The notes under the pieces are model-generated. The model was given only the letters and a program-made list of their open reading frames with translations. It was not told the origin of the DNA and did not search any database. A DNA stretch of 63,786 nucleotides, counting the filler, from Octopus bimaculoides (lineage: Eukaryota), in NCBI RefSeq assembly GCF_001194135.2. It is 4 parts of 4 records of this genome, joined end to end, with 100 filler letters (N's around TTAATTAATTAA, not from the genome) between each part and the next. Parts side by side here need not be neighbours in the genome. Positions count along the whole stretch, not along the records: positions 46,326 to 63,786 come from NC_068999.1; 3 more parts are not named here. One strand, written 5' to 3'. Position numbers and translations under genes: made by a program. Position 1 is the first letter of the stretch, and each line of letters begins with the position of its first letter. This document shows, piece by piece, positions 46,969 to 59,781 of the stretch.

Positions 46969-47241
46969 ATATTTAACTGGTTTAGGAGTATCAGTCGATC
47001 TCTTCATGTGATTACAAGATGTATCTCATTAAAATAACAACTATTCTACGAAATATCTTTTCCGTTTGTGTCTAGAAAAGGTGCTAATTAAGGGATACAG
47101 ATTCATTTTGTATAGGAGATCAATAATAAATATTAGATGCAATGAATAGAGAAACAGTGAAAAAAAAAGTATTAAAAATAATCGATACATTTAAGAGATA
47201 CATCTACATCGTTGGATATGCCTAAACCATTTGTTAAGTAT

Positions 47242-47288
47242 CCCACCTGTGAGGGATTCGTGTAAGATGTGTCGAACCAGTTGTAGTG
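47242..47288 (+). ncRNA. Second, more decayed hammerhead-like motif
   Basis: cccac-CUG(del)UGAG-...-GAACC-AGUU-GUA-gug. Confidence 0.25.
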
Positions 47289-47414
47289 ACCAATAAACAT
47301 TCTCGTATCTTCCACCTCTTTCATTAATCAAATACCTAACGAACATTGTGAAGCGAACGTGCTTTATCGGTAAGCTACTGGGTGTAAACCATACAATGTA
47401 TTATCTAATATAAA

Positions 47415-47468
<54 letters not shown>

Positions 47469-47808
47469 GTATATACCATAAATCCTCGTGTATAATCCGC
47501 ACTTTTTTCCCAAAATTTCTAGTGCGTACTGTATACGAGGTTAAAAATGAAAAATATTTTCTAAGCAAAATTTTCTTAGTGATAAATATGTAAACACAAT
47601 TTACTTAATATTTATTTTTCACTGACGTTATTACTGTTATTTCTTTATTTTCTGCAAAGTGCACAAAAAATCTACGTTTGCATTATGTTATATATACAAT
47701 AATAATAAAGGGCGTTACCGTATATATGTTTACAAACCAAGGACGTTATATAGACCTCCTTGACTCAAGTTAGANNNNNNNNNNATATATATATATATAT
47801 AATGTATA

Positions 47809-48217
47809 TACCATAAATCCTCGTGTATAATCCGCACTTTTTTCCCAAAATTTCTAGTGCGTACTGTATACGAGGTTAAAAATGAAAAATATTTTCTAAG
47901 CAAAATTTTCTTAGTGATAAATATGTAAACACAATTTACTTAATATTTATTTTTCACTGACGTTATTACTGTTATTTCTTTATTTTCTGCAAAGTGCACA
48001 AAAAATCTACGTTTGCATTATGTTATATATACAATAATAATAAAGGGCGTTACCGTATATATGTTTACAAACCAAGGACGTTATATAGACCTCCTTGACT
48101 CAAGTTAGAGAAGGGGTGCGTATTATACACAAGGTTTAAGTTTTTCAGAGGTACGGCCCCCTAAAAATCCCTTGCATATTATACTCAAGGGCGGACTATA
48201 CTCGAGGATTTACAGTA
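47809..48217. mobile_element. pogo/Tigger-like MITE
   Basis: Termini TAccataaatcctcgtgtataatccgc and gcggactatactcgaggatttacagTA are inverted matches; subterminal tatac.c.agg repeats; inserted in (TA)n. Confidence 0.85.
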
Positions 48218-49156
48218 TATATATATATATATATATACAATTAAACCTTGGGAGAGGCATTATATATAACTTTTTTATTAATAATCAGATTATATTCAGG
48301 TTTTGAGTTCTCTTTTCCTGTTTGCATCAGCTAACCTATATATCTATTATATATACTAGCCGTCACGTGCTGCTACGCTGCTGGGTAACGACCTCCTCAA
48401 GATGAAATAGATCCTTCAGCATAAACATACGACAGTGATTATATTAATACTTCAACAGTCTGTTTTGGGGGCTTTTTTTTTTTTTTCTTGAAACAAATTT
48501 TAATTCTGTCTTTCTCTCATTGTGTTTTTCTTTCAACAACTTTTGCTCCACCCCTTCTAAATAAACGTTGTGACAAGGTTATCTCCCCTTTTGATTTCAC
48601 CCCTTTTCCCGCCTTCTGACGTGATTGAAAGACAAATTGGGATCAGCTCTTTTATAATATATATATATGATGATTTTCTATATATACTTACGTATATATA
48701 TAATTCTTTTCTACTNNNNNNNNNNNNNNNNNNNNNNNNNNNNNNNNNNNNNNNNNNNNNNNNNNNNNNNNNNNNNNNNNNNNNNNNNNNNNNNNNNNNN
48801 NNNNNNNNNNNNNNNNNNNNNNNNNNNNNNNNNNNNNNNNNNNNNNNNNNNNNNNNNNNNNNNNNNNNNNNNNNNNNNNNNNNNNNNNNNNNNNNNNNNN
48901 NNNNNNNNNNNNNNNNNNNNNNNNNNNNNNNNNNNNNNNNNNNNNNNNNNNNNNNNNNNNNNNNNNNNNNNNNNNNNNNNNNNNNNNNNNNNNNNNNNNN
49001 NNNNNNNNNNNNNNNNNNNNNNNNNNNNNNNNNNNNNNNNNNNNNNNNNNNNNNNNNNNNNNNNNNNNNNNNNNNNNNNNNNNNNNNNNNNNNNNNNNNN
49101 NNNNNNNNNNNNNNNNNNNNNNNNNNNNNNNNNNNNNNNNNNNNNNNNNNNNNNNN

Positions 49157-49370
49157 TATTTCTTTATTGCCCACAGGGGGTTAAACATAGAGGGGACAGA
49201 CAAAGGGTTTAAGTCAATTACATCGACTCCAGTGCGTAACTAGTACTTAATTTATCGACCCCCAAAAGGATGAAAGGCAAAGTCGAATTCGGCGGAATTT
49301 GAACTCAGAACGTAACGGCAGACGAAATACCGCTAATCATTTCGCCCGGCGTGCTAACGATTCTGCCAGC
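49157..49370 (-). mobile_element. SINE family C with an alternative 3' tail
   Basis: Family C head and core followed by ...tttgtctgtcccctctatgtttaacccctgtgggcaataaagaaata. Confidence 0.85.
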
Positions 49371-50110
49371 TTTAACGTCTGTTTTCCATGCTCGCATGAG
49401 TTGGACGCTTTGATCAGAGCTTGGTTTCTACGGTTGGATGCCCTTCCCAATGCCAACCACTTTACAGTGTGTGCCGGGCACTTTTAACGTGCCGCCAGCA
49501 TGAGCACTTTTACGTGACACTGACACGTGACTCTTGCAGGCTGATCCCCTTCACCAGGAGGGGCGGCTTTAATACTTCTGCAATGGAGTATGGGTCTTTT
49601 TTAGTACAACAAGGTGCCAGGTATCTGGGTCCTTTGTCATCTCGTCCGAAAGGTTCAACATACTGAGATCGTTCTTCAGTACTTCCCATGTCCTCCTGGG
49701 TCTCCCTCTTTCATGAATTCCATTCACTTTGAGTGAATGGCTCTTCTTTATGGAGCTGTCGGCATCCGTCTACATCACATGACCAAACCAGCACAGTCTT
49801 CTCTCTTGCACACCGCATCTAATTCCTCTTATGCCTGACTTCTCTCTCAAAACACTAACACTGTTACACATCCAGTGGGGTATACTAGACACATTCCTCT
49901 CTAGCCTTCGCATGACCTCTGCATTCAGGGTCCAAGTCTCACTACGATGTAAAATTGCTGTTCGTATGCGTGCATCATAAAACCTTCCTTTCACTTGGAG
50001 AGAGAGAAACCTTTGGTTGCTAACAGAGATAAAAACTCTCAGAATTTTCTCTCCTATTCTTATTGTAGCTATTACACTCTCTGTACATCCCCACCACTAT
50101 GAATTTGGTC
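49371..50110 (-). mobile_element. Decayed RTE LINE 3' portion
   Basis: KGRFYDARIRTAILHRSETWTLNAEVMRRLERN...VQERRLCWFGHVM, plus the 3' UTR. Confidence 0.9.
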
Positions 50111-51045
50111 CCCTAGGGAGCAAAAAGATAGATATAGTTTGTCTGTGTGTGTGTATATATATTTTTTTTAATGGGGGGGGAGGCCGGTTTATGGGGTTAT
50201 CTTGGGTTTCTCGCTCATAATGTGCATGAGCGAGAAACCCAGCGTAACCCCATAATCCGGCCTCCCCTCCCCCCATTAAAATATTAATTGCTCTACATCT
50301 TACAGAGTGCTTCTCCTCCGGATTTATGTATTTCTACAAACGATATATATATATATATGTATGTATGTATGTGTACATACATATACGCACAGACACACAA
50401 ATACACACACACACATACATACTCACACGCGCACGCACACACATGCACACGCGCGCGCACATATATATACACGTGTCCGTGTGCGTGAGCCAACCTTCCT
50501 TGTATGGCAATAGTGAACCTTTTCACAGGATGCTTCTTGTGTAGCAGCAACTAAAGGAGGCAACTCTTATTTAAAAAAAAAGAAAAAGCAAATCACGTGT
50601 TCTTTCCACTCGACTTTCGACTTGATGCATAGAAATCCAACACCAGACAGAAGCATAAACAACGTCTTGGGTTTTTACGCCAGAATTAAATACGGAAACA
50701 TCTGTTTTTTCTGAAGGACAGATACCATGAATGAGGGTAGCTGTTTATTTATTTATTTAATTGTTTCAAGCAAATGATGCTTAGAAAGAGTGGTTAGATG
50801 GAAACGTGTGTACGTACGTAGGGCACATTTACAATCCTTACCTCGTTAGCATTTTACGCAGGATTGTGGTTAGCTTAGTATTCCAAAATCAAAAGGAGAT
50901 CCGTAAGACTTCGATTGCTACTAAAGGGAACACAACACAACACCAGGGTAAGTGAACTTAAAATAAGCCACACGGAGTGAATTAGAAATTTAAATGAGAG
51001 AAATTAAATGAAGAAAGGAAAAGTCAAATTGACTTCTCCTTTCCT

Positions 51046-51990
51046 ACGAGGATCGGCTAAAAAGTTTATAGGGTGACCACGATCCTTTCATGAAATGTGA
51101 CCAGGTGAGGTTTATTTTGCAACATAGTCCCCTCAGCGATCCACGCATTTCTTTCGCCGATGTTGCGGTGCTTGGATCCCATTGGAGAAGAACCTTACAT
51201 CCTGTTGGTTAAAAACAAAGGCATCAACAGCAGATATGACGTCATCGTTACTGCGATACTGGATCTCAGCCAAGTGTTTCTTAATGTTGGAGAACAGGTG
51301 ATAGTCAGGTGGTGTCAAATGAAGAGAACGAGGTGGGTGATCAACCAGTTCAAAACCACAGTCACGCACAACAGCCATTGAAATCAGGGACTTGTGTGGT
51401 GCCGGAGCATTGACCTAATAAGACAAAATCCCATTCGTCAGTCTTCTTCGGCGTTCGGTCTTGATAGCCTTTCGTAACTGCCTCAGCAAGTTGGCATAGT
51501 ATTCTCTGTTGACGGTGTAACCATTTTAAAGTTAGTAAACACAATACCTTTTGCATCCCCCAAAACTGCAGCCATCACCTTCCCTGCAGATGAAACGACT
51601 TTGATCTTCTTCGGAGCAGGTGAGGAGGGTGTGTTACCACTGCATCTATTGTCTCTTGTTTCTGGCCCAACACTCCGCCCGATAGTTACGAAACGTTCAA
51701 GGAAACCAGCTGGATCTGCCTCACACAATGTCGGATATTCCCGCGATGCGTTTTTGATCAGGTGACAGAAGATGTGTCGACCAACGAGCAGAAACCTTCG
51801 TCATGCCAACTTCAATGTGCAGGGTATTCTCAACTCTCTCACTGACTGTTCCTTCTCACACATAGAGATCTTTTGCAATTGACCTCATGGACTTACTGGG
51901 ATTGAAATCAATGGTCCGTTGAACTTGCTGGATAAATTCAGGGGTTCTGATGATTTCAGCGCGTTTAGAATGGTTTTTATGCTTTGATAC
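51046..51990 (-). mobile_element. Mariner (DD34D-type) transposon relic
   Basis: Terminus TAcgaggatcggctaaaaagtt; VSARW, PAPKKIKVVSSAGKVMA, NAPAPHKSL..AVVRDCGFELVDHPP.S..L.P.DYHLF..KKHL; many disruptions. Confidence 0.9.
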
Positions 51991-53499
51991 TGGTGATACG
52001 TTTCCATCTTCAGTCTCTAACTCATTACAAACTTTATAAATGAAAGACCTGGCAACTTATAAAAAACAAGATATTTCTAAATCGCTATGCTCAGCCTTTA
52101 TAACCACAATAACGGCATGCCTCTTCATTTCTTGGGTAAGCTGAGGGTCTTCCATTATTATTTTCTGAAACAAAGATTATACAAAGNNNNNNNNNNNNNN
52201 NNNNNNNNNNNNNNNNNNNNNNNNNNNNNNNNNNNNNNNNNNNNNNNNNNNNNNNNNNNNNNNNNNNNNNNNNNNNNNNNNNNNNNNNNNNNNNNNNNNN
52301 NNNNNNNNNNNNNNNNNNNNNNNNNNNNNNNNNNNNNNNNNNNNNNNNNNNNNNNNNNNNNNNNNNNNNNNNNNNNNNNNNNNNNNNNNNNNNNNNNNNN
52401 NNNNNNNNNNNNNNNNNNNNNNNNNNNNNNNNNNNNNNNNNNNNNNNNNNNNNNNNNNNNNNNNNNNNNNNNNNNNNNNNNNNNNNNNNNNNNNNNNNNN
52501 NNNNNNNNNNNNNNNNNNNNNNNNNNNNNNNNNNNNNNNNNNNNNNNNNNNNNNNNNNNNNNNNNNNNNNNNNNNNNNNNNNNNNNNNNNNNNNNNNNNN
52601 NNNNNNNNNNNNNNNNNNNNNNNNNNNNNNNNNNNNNNNNNNNNNNNNNNNNNNNNNNNNNNNNNNNNNNNNNNNNNNNNNNNNNNNNNNNNNNNNNNNN
52701 NNNNNNNNNNNNNNNNNNNNNNNNNNNNNNNNNNNNNNNNNNNNNNNNNNNNNNNNNNNNNNNNNNNNNNNNNNNNNNNNNNNNNNNNNNNNNNNNNNNN
52801 NNNNNNNNNNNNNNNNNNNNNNNNNNNNNNNNNNNNNNNNNNNNNNNNNNNNNNNNNNNNNNNNNNNNNNNNNNNNNNNNNNNNNNNNNNNNNNNNNNNN
52901 NNNNNNNNNNNNNNNNNNNNNNNNNNNNNNNNNNNNNNNNNNNNNNNNNNNNNNNNNNNNNNNNNNNNNNNNNNNNNNNNNNNNNNNNNNNNNNNNNNNN
53001 NNNNNNNNNNNNNNNNNNNNNNNNNNNNNNNNNNNNNNNNNNNNNNNNNNNNNNNNNNNNNNNNNNNNNNNNNNNNNNNNNNNNNNNNNNNNNNNNNNNN
53101 NNNNNNNNNNNNNNNNNNNNNNNNNNNACAAATAACGCCTACTCATTTATTTATTTATTATATTTATTGTATCTTATTTCCAATTTTTTTCTTCTTTTTC
53201 CTCATAAACCAAACTCTCTTCTCCTTACGATCAAACGAACTTTTGATGTCGCGGTGGTCGATATCGTGTTTTATTCTTCCGAAGTCGATATAAAAATATT
53301 GCAGAACCAGCGAAGTACTGACATCGGATCGATTGCATTTCCACCTCAAACTGTGATTTTTTTTGCACTTTTAGCTTTTACTTGTTTCAGTCATTGGACT
53401 GCGACCATGCTGGGGCACTGCCTTGCAGAGTTAAGACGAACAAATCGACTCCAGTACTTAACTTTTGTTTTTGTTTTGTTTTGATTTCTTTTGCTTTTT

Positions 53500-53740
53500 G
53501 TAGTCTGGAGTGTTCTTGAGAGAGAGGTCAATGAGTACGCCCATAACACCAAAGGTTCTTTGAAAGCTGCCATAGTCAAAGTAATGACCAAAATGAACCA
53601 GGACCACTTGATTCAAGCATGTAGATCATTTAGATCTCATATAGAAGCAGTTGTTGAAGCTGAAGGTGGCTTTATTGAATAACATTATAGAGAAGAAAGT
53701 TTATTTTTATCCTCATAACATTTTTTGATAAATAAAGTTA
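53500..53740 (+). mobile_element. C-terminus of a maT/DD37D-like transposase plus 3' flank
   Basis: VWSVLEREVNEYAHNTKGSLKAAIVK...LIQACRSFRSHIEAVVEAEGGFIE*. Confidence 0.8.
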
Positions 53741-55586
53741 TTATCTGTTATTATATGTTAACCGACCCGTGTGATGGCACTGTGTGTGTGTGTGTGTTTC
53801 TCCCACCAACGCTTGACAACCGGTATTGGTTTGTTCACGTCTCCGTAACATAGCCGTTCGGCAAAAGCTACACCGATAGAATTAAAATAAGTATCACGTT
53901 AAAAAAAAAAAATAAAAACGGAAAAGTTCCTGGGTCGATTCGTTCGAGTAAAATCCTTCAAGGTGGTGCTCCAGAATGGCCGCAGTCCAATGAGCGAAAG
54001 AAGTAAAAGATTAAACAAAGACAAACCATACCTGCATCTTTATCCACGTGCGCGCGCATACACACACGCACGCACGTGTGAATTTGTGTTGTCGTATTCT
54101 TCCACATTCCATATCGGATCGTTTAATTGAANNNNNNNNNNNNNNNNNNNNNNNNNNNNNNNNNNNNNNNNNNNNNNNNNNNNNNNNNNNNNNNNNNNNN
54201 NNNNNNNNNNNNNNNNNNNNNNNNNNNNNNNNNNNNNNNNNNNNNNNNNNNNNNNNNNNNNNNNNNNNNNNNNNNNNNNNNNNNNNNNNNNNNNNNNNNN
54301 NNNNNNNNNNNNNNNNNNNNNNNNNNNNNNNNNNNNNNNNNNNNNNNNNNNNNNNNNNNNNNNNNNNNNNNNNNNNNNNNNNNNNNNNNNNNNNNNNNNN
54401 NNNNNNNNNNNNNNNNNNNNNNNNNNNNNNNNNNNNNNNNNNNNNNNNNNNNNNNNNNNNNNNNNNNNNNNNNNNNNNNNNNNNNNNNNNNNNNNNNNNN
54501 NNNNNNNNNNNNNNNNNNNNNNNNNNNNNNNNNNNNNNNNNNNNNNNNNNNNNNNNNNNNNNNNNNNNNNNNNTAACCACCGCTGCTTTTTAAGTATATC
54601 TGGGACTAAATTTCTTCCAACCACTTGGAGGTTTTCAAATTTCTTTTCAGGTTATTAAAAAAAACAAAAACTTCTGATATAGTTTTGTTTGCTGAAAATT
54701 ACATTAATTTTTTTTACTTAAAATTAACAATAAATAAGTTAGAAGCTTAAAATTAGGCATTTTTAGCAAGACCCAAACAGCATTCAATGTGTTGCCGTTT
54801 ATTTCTAAGACAATACATAGGATGTAATTTGGTTGGTATTTCTAGCACGTTAAGTGATCGTGTAGTTACTTCGTTGTTCAATCACTGAGATGTCGGTTTT
54901 TGTTTAGTCGTCCCATGTCGGTTAGGGTTAGATATAGATAGATAGACAGACAGATAGATAGACATAGATAGATAGATAGATAATAGGCAGGTGGATAGAT
55001 AGATAGATAGATAGATCGACGTACAGGTCGTGTAGTTACCTCCCATCAACGCAGGAACGGGCTTACAAAGGAACCTCTAACACACACACTCGATCTATCA
55101 GAAACAGCAGTCAAGTTTCCCTCAAGTCTCATTCTACTGTCTTTAAAAAAAGGAAGCGCATGCTGGCAAAAATAGTCTCAGATATAAACAAAGTTACGAT
55201 AGTCACGGCAAGAACGTCCTTCGATTATGTGTTTGCTTTGTCGAAACCGACATGGAACGAAATAGATGAACAGACATAGAGAAAGATAGGGAAATAAACA
55301 AATTGTTAAAGAGGTAGATAGACAGAGATGGACATACATGTAGGTAGACAGACAGATAGATAGATAGAGATAGATAGATAGGTAGGTAGATAGATACACA
55401 GATAGACAGAAATAAGATAAATACACACACTCACACGCACACACTTGTAAAGAGAGAGAGAAGGAGAGATACGAACGAATGTCTTGGTGCCTATACACAA
55501 GAAAACAGATATTGAGTTATAAGGTTGGCAGGGATTATGGTGGTGAAGGTGGGTTTAGAACCGTCTCTTTCTTTACGGTTACATAC

Positions 55587-55829
55587 AGCCGGCCGGGGTG
55601 CAAAAATAAGTATCGCATCACGGTTATAATACTTGATTCATTAAAGTTAGTCGCACATTAAATTAGTTAGCCTCATTTTTGATATTTTTAGTGTCATTAA
55701 TCATGATAATACATTTATCAGAACTATAATAATAGTTCTATCGTAACTTTTAGTTTTTTTTTTTTGATAAAAAAAAACATGAGTATTGCACGTATATAAT
55801 TGTATATCTACTTTTGCACCACCCTGTAT
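55587..55829. mobile_element. Possible Tc1/mariner MITE
   Basis: Left TAcagccggccggggtgcaaaaataagt versus right reverse complement TAcagggtggtgcaaaagtag; imperfect. Confidence 0.4.
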
Positions 55830-56869
55830 ATATACAACTAAAATGTTATATTTATCATAAAGTAAATCCCCCAGCAGTCAGTATCCCCGGGAATATTGGC
55901 CTTTCTTTACAATAGAAATATTTTAGGAAAGTGAAATTTTATTAAAAAAAATTTTATTTTTGTTTAAAATTTCTCTGGTGGGGGATNNNNNNNNNNNNNN
56001 NNNNNNNNNNNNNNNNNNNNNNNNNNNNNNNNNNNNNNNNNNNNNNNNNNNNNNNNNNNNNNNNNNNNNNNNNNNNNNNNNNNNNNNNNNNNNNNNNNNN
56101 NNNNNNNNNNNNNNNNNNNNNNNNNNNNNNNNNNNNNNNNNNNNNNNNNNNNNNNNNNNNNNNNNNNNNNNNNNNNNNNNNNNNNNNNNNNNNNNNNNNN
56201 NNNNNNNNNNNNNNNNNNNNNNNNNNNNNNNNNNNNNNNNNNNNNNNNNNNNNNNNNNNNNNNNNNNNNNNNNNNNNNNNNNNNNNNNNNNNNNNNNNNN
56301 NNNNNNNNNNNNNNNNNNNNNNNNNNNNNNNNNNNNNNNNNNNNNNNNNNNNNNNNNNNNNNNNNNNNNNNNNNNNNNNNNNNNNNNNNNNNNNNNNNNN
56401 NNNNNNNNNNNNNNNNNNNNNNNNNNNNNNNNNNNNNNNNNNNNNNNNNNNNNNNNNNNNNNNNNNNNNNNNNNNNNNNNNNNNNNNNNNNNNNNNNNNN
56501 NNNNNNNNNNNNNNNNNNNNNNNNNNNNNNNNNNNNNNNNNNNNNNNNNNNNNNNNNNNNNNNNNNNNNNNNNNNNNNNNNNNNNNNNNNNNNNNNNNNN
56601 NNNNNNNNNNNNNNNNNNNNNNNNNNNNNNNNNNNNNNNNNNNNNNNNNNNNNNNNNNNNNNNNNNNNNNNNNNNNNNNNNNNNNNNNNNNNNNNNNNNN
56701 NNNNNNNNNNNNNNNNNNNNNNNNNNNNNNNNNNNNNNNNNNNNNNNNNNNNNNNNNNNNNNNNNNNNNNNNNNNNNNNNNNNNNNNNNNNNNNNNNNGA
56801 CCTAAAAACCAATTTTTAAGGGGAAAATCCTACAAAATACATGTGAAAATGCATACAAACCATTTAAAA

Positions 56870-57200
56870 TAATAATAAAATTATAATGATAATAAAATAA
56901 TAATTTTATTATAGTGCTCAGGTGCCGTACAACTCATCAATTATTATTAAAATAATAATAAAATTATAATAATAATAAGATTATTGAGTTTAGCGCTCTG
57001 GTGCCGTACAACTCATCAATTATTATTAAAATAATAATAAAATTATAATAATAATAAAATAGTAATAAGATTATTGAGTTTAGCGCTCAGGTGCCGTACA
57101 ACTCATCAATTATTATTAAAATAATAATAAAATTATAATAATAATAAAATAATAATAAGATTATTGAGTTTAGTGCTCAGGTGCCATACAACTCATCAAA
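56870..57200. repeat. ~80-90 bp tandem repeat, 4 copies (LINE 3' tail amplification)
   Basis: Core gctcaggtgccgtacaactcatcaa repeated four times, separated by (AAT)-rich spacers. Confidence 0.92.
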
Positions 57201-57412
57201 GGTGTTATGTACAGTAGATAGAATTATGTACAGGAATCAGGAAAGTGAACAGTGTATGAGTCATGATATACATGTGTGCATGTGTATGGGGCGGAGGGAT
57301 ATCAGGTGTAGTGTTGGTAGATTTTAGGAAGCATGGAGGTTTCAAAGAATGCAATGTCTTGGCAACTAACATCTGATGCAGGTAGTTTGTTCCATGCTTC
57401 AGCAATTCTACA
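57200..57412 (-). mobile_element. 3' end of a CR1/L2-like LINE
   Basis: Minus frame RIAEAWNKLPASDVSCQDIAFFETSML..YT* (WNxLP motif), leading into the tandem tail array. Confidence 0.6.
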
Positions 57413-57488
57413 AATATAAGCGAATAAAGATTCAAACATGCTTTTTCGTGTTATGTTGTTTTTTCGAGTTACATCACATGTCTTTGAT

Positions 57489-57793
57489 CAGTGGTTCTCA
57501 ACCATTTTTGATTTCCATTTTATTCTGATGGATCTTCGTAGCCATTTGATGTTTCAAAAAATCCCATTGAGTTTTTATAAAGAAATATCCTCAACGGTTG
57601 TTATATTTTTTTGATAACATAATAGGTTAGATAGGACGATGTCTATATCACAATAACCAGTAATATGTTGTGCATTTATAGTAATATTACGATCATGAAA
57701 TTAGCATTAGCTTATCTCACTCTTCCTTGGAGAACCCTTAGGAACTTTTTGGGGAACCCTAGGATTCTGGGGAACCCCAATTGAGAAATGCTG
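57489..57793. mobile_element. hAT (Charlie-like) non-autonomous element
   Basis: CAGTGGTTCTCAAC ... ATTGAGAAATGCTG termini; left end homologous to the 62146-62708 element; no TSD match. Confidence 0.65.
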
Positions 57794-57819
57794 CTCAGGA
57801 GAATCCATGCACCAGTAAC

Positions 57820-58003
57820 TTGTTGGCACTCCGTCGCTTACGACGTTGAGGGTTCCAGTTGATCCGATCAACGGAACAGCCTGCTCGTGAAATTAACGTG
57901 TGAGTGGCTGAGCACTCCACAGACACGTGTACTCTTAATGTAGTTCTCGGGGATATTCAGCGTGACACAGTGTGACAAGGCTGACCCTTTGAAATACAGG
58001 TAC
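57820..58003 (-). mobile_element. SINE family D, 3' half
   Basis: ttggcactccgtcgcttacgacgttgagggttccagttgatccgatcaacggaacagcctgctcgtgaaattaacg... Confidence 0.88.
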
Positions 58004-58683
58004 AGTAACTATAATAAGCACATAAGGTGGTGATCTGGCAGAATTGTTAGCACAAGGTGCTTGGGGAGTCTGGAAGTGCCCTGGTCCTTCCTATCTGATG
58101 GTTCATTCATAACCCTGTTAGGTTTTCTTTGTTTTCGGTTGTCATCAGTGATTGAAATAGGTTTTGGGAAGGTTCTACCGAGAATTTATGATCAGGGGGT
58201 CAGAGAAGCACCATCAGAGTGGTATGAACCGGTGCAGTTGTAAACCAGTGTAGGTCATTTTTGTTTTCTTTTTAATATTCATTTTAGGCAACTTTTTGAG
58301 ATCATGTGAGTTACACTGAGTACGGTTATTTCACAAACACACACACTCACATTCACCCAAGCTCTTTCTTTATTTATTTCCCTCTCTCTCTCTCACACAC
58401 ACACACTCACATTCACCCAAGCTCTTTCTTTATTTATTTCCCTCTCTCTCTCACACACACACACTAATGTTATTCGCTTCAACCCACTTTGCTAAAATTC
58501 TTCTCCAGCTTTCAATTGAAATCTGAGCTGCATTTTGACAGAATGGAAGTGGAGCATTAAATTCATGGATTGTTGAACAGCTAAAGAACATATCCACATG
58601 AAGCAACATGAATGCACACAAATACTTGATCACCACCAGACCGGTCTATGTCACCGAGTCATCTTGTTTTCAAATTCATTCAA

Positions 58684-59073
58684 GGCGCAGGAGTGGCTGT
58701 CTGGTAAGTGACTTGCTTACCAACCACATGGTTCCAGGTTCAGTCCCACTGCGTGGCACCTTGGGCAAGTGTCTTCTACTATAGCCTCGGGCTGACCAAA
58801 GACTTGTGAGTGGATTTGGTAGACGGAAACTGAAAGAAGCCCATCGTGTATATGTATGTGTGTGTATATGTTTGTGTGTCTGTGTTTGTCCCCCCAACAT
58901 CGCTTCACAACTGATGGTGGTGTGTTTACGTCCACGTAACTTACTGGTTCGGCAAAAGAGACTGATAGAATAAGTACTAGGCTTACAAAGAATAAGTCCT
59001 GGGGTCGATTTGCTCAACTAAAGGCGGTGCTCCAGCATGGCCGCAGTCAAATGACTGAAACAAGTAAAAGAGT
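58684..59073 (+). mobile_element. SINE family B, full-length
   Basis: Box A tggctgtctgg, box B ggttcagtccc, CORE-like ggcaccttgggcaagtgtctt, internal (TG)-rich tract, tail aaacaagtaaaagagta. Other copies or fragments at ~130, 11000, 16310, 30810, 31862, 32330, 43140 and 53780. Confidence 0.92.
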
Positions 59074-59439
59074 ATCATACAATTTGTTCCAATTCATATT
59101 CACTTGTGAATTTATACAAAATTCACATTTATGCATTTGAATCTCATCAGAGTTAATATTTGTCTAAAAGATAGACAAAGATTTCATGCAAAGACTGCTA
59201 AATCATAAAATAGACTGATTTAAAATATATCTATGTTTCCTGGCATAAGCGTTAATAATTTAGAAATATAATTAAATATAATAAAAACAAAACCAAAATT
59301 CAAATAGATAAAATAAATCAAATTAGCAAAACAATTACAACGGTCTTAAAATGTTCTTATGCATTTTTAATAATATTAATCTAAAGATATTTTAATCCAA
59401 AATAATCACTGCCCACTTTTATTACATAAAATCTATATA

Positions 59440-59781
59440 ATCATCATCATCATCATCATCATTTAACGTCTGCTTTCCATGCTAGCATGGGTTGGACGAT
59501 TTGACTGAGGACTAGTGAAACCCGATGGCTACACCAGGCTCCAATCTGATTTGGCAGAGTTTCTACAGCTGGATGCCCTTCTTAACGCCAACCACTCCAA
59601 GAGTGTAGTGGGTGCTTTTACGTGCCACCGGCATGAAGGCCAGTCAGGCGGTACTGGCAACGGCCATGCTCAAAATGGTGTATTTTACGTGCCACCTGCA
59701 TGCACAATCTTGCTTGAATGTCTTTACATGTGCCACCGGCACAAGTGCCAGGAAGGCGTCGTTGGGCACAGGGGCCATCAC
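59440..59781 (-). mobile_element. Young RTE 3' UTR copy
   Basis: Same family as 2968-3318. Confidence 0.9.

Larger units (their letters stand above)
46868..47335. mobile_element. Inverted pair of Penelope-like terminal-repeat remnants
   Basis: Arms ~46868-47035 and ~47189-47335 are reverse-complement homologues; each reads outward as cccacCTG..GA...GAA(A)C..ttGTAgtga..AATAAA. Confidence 0.55.
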
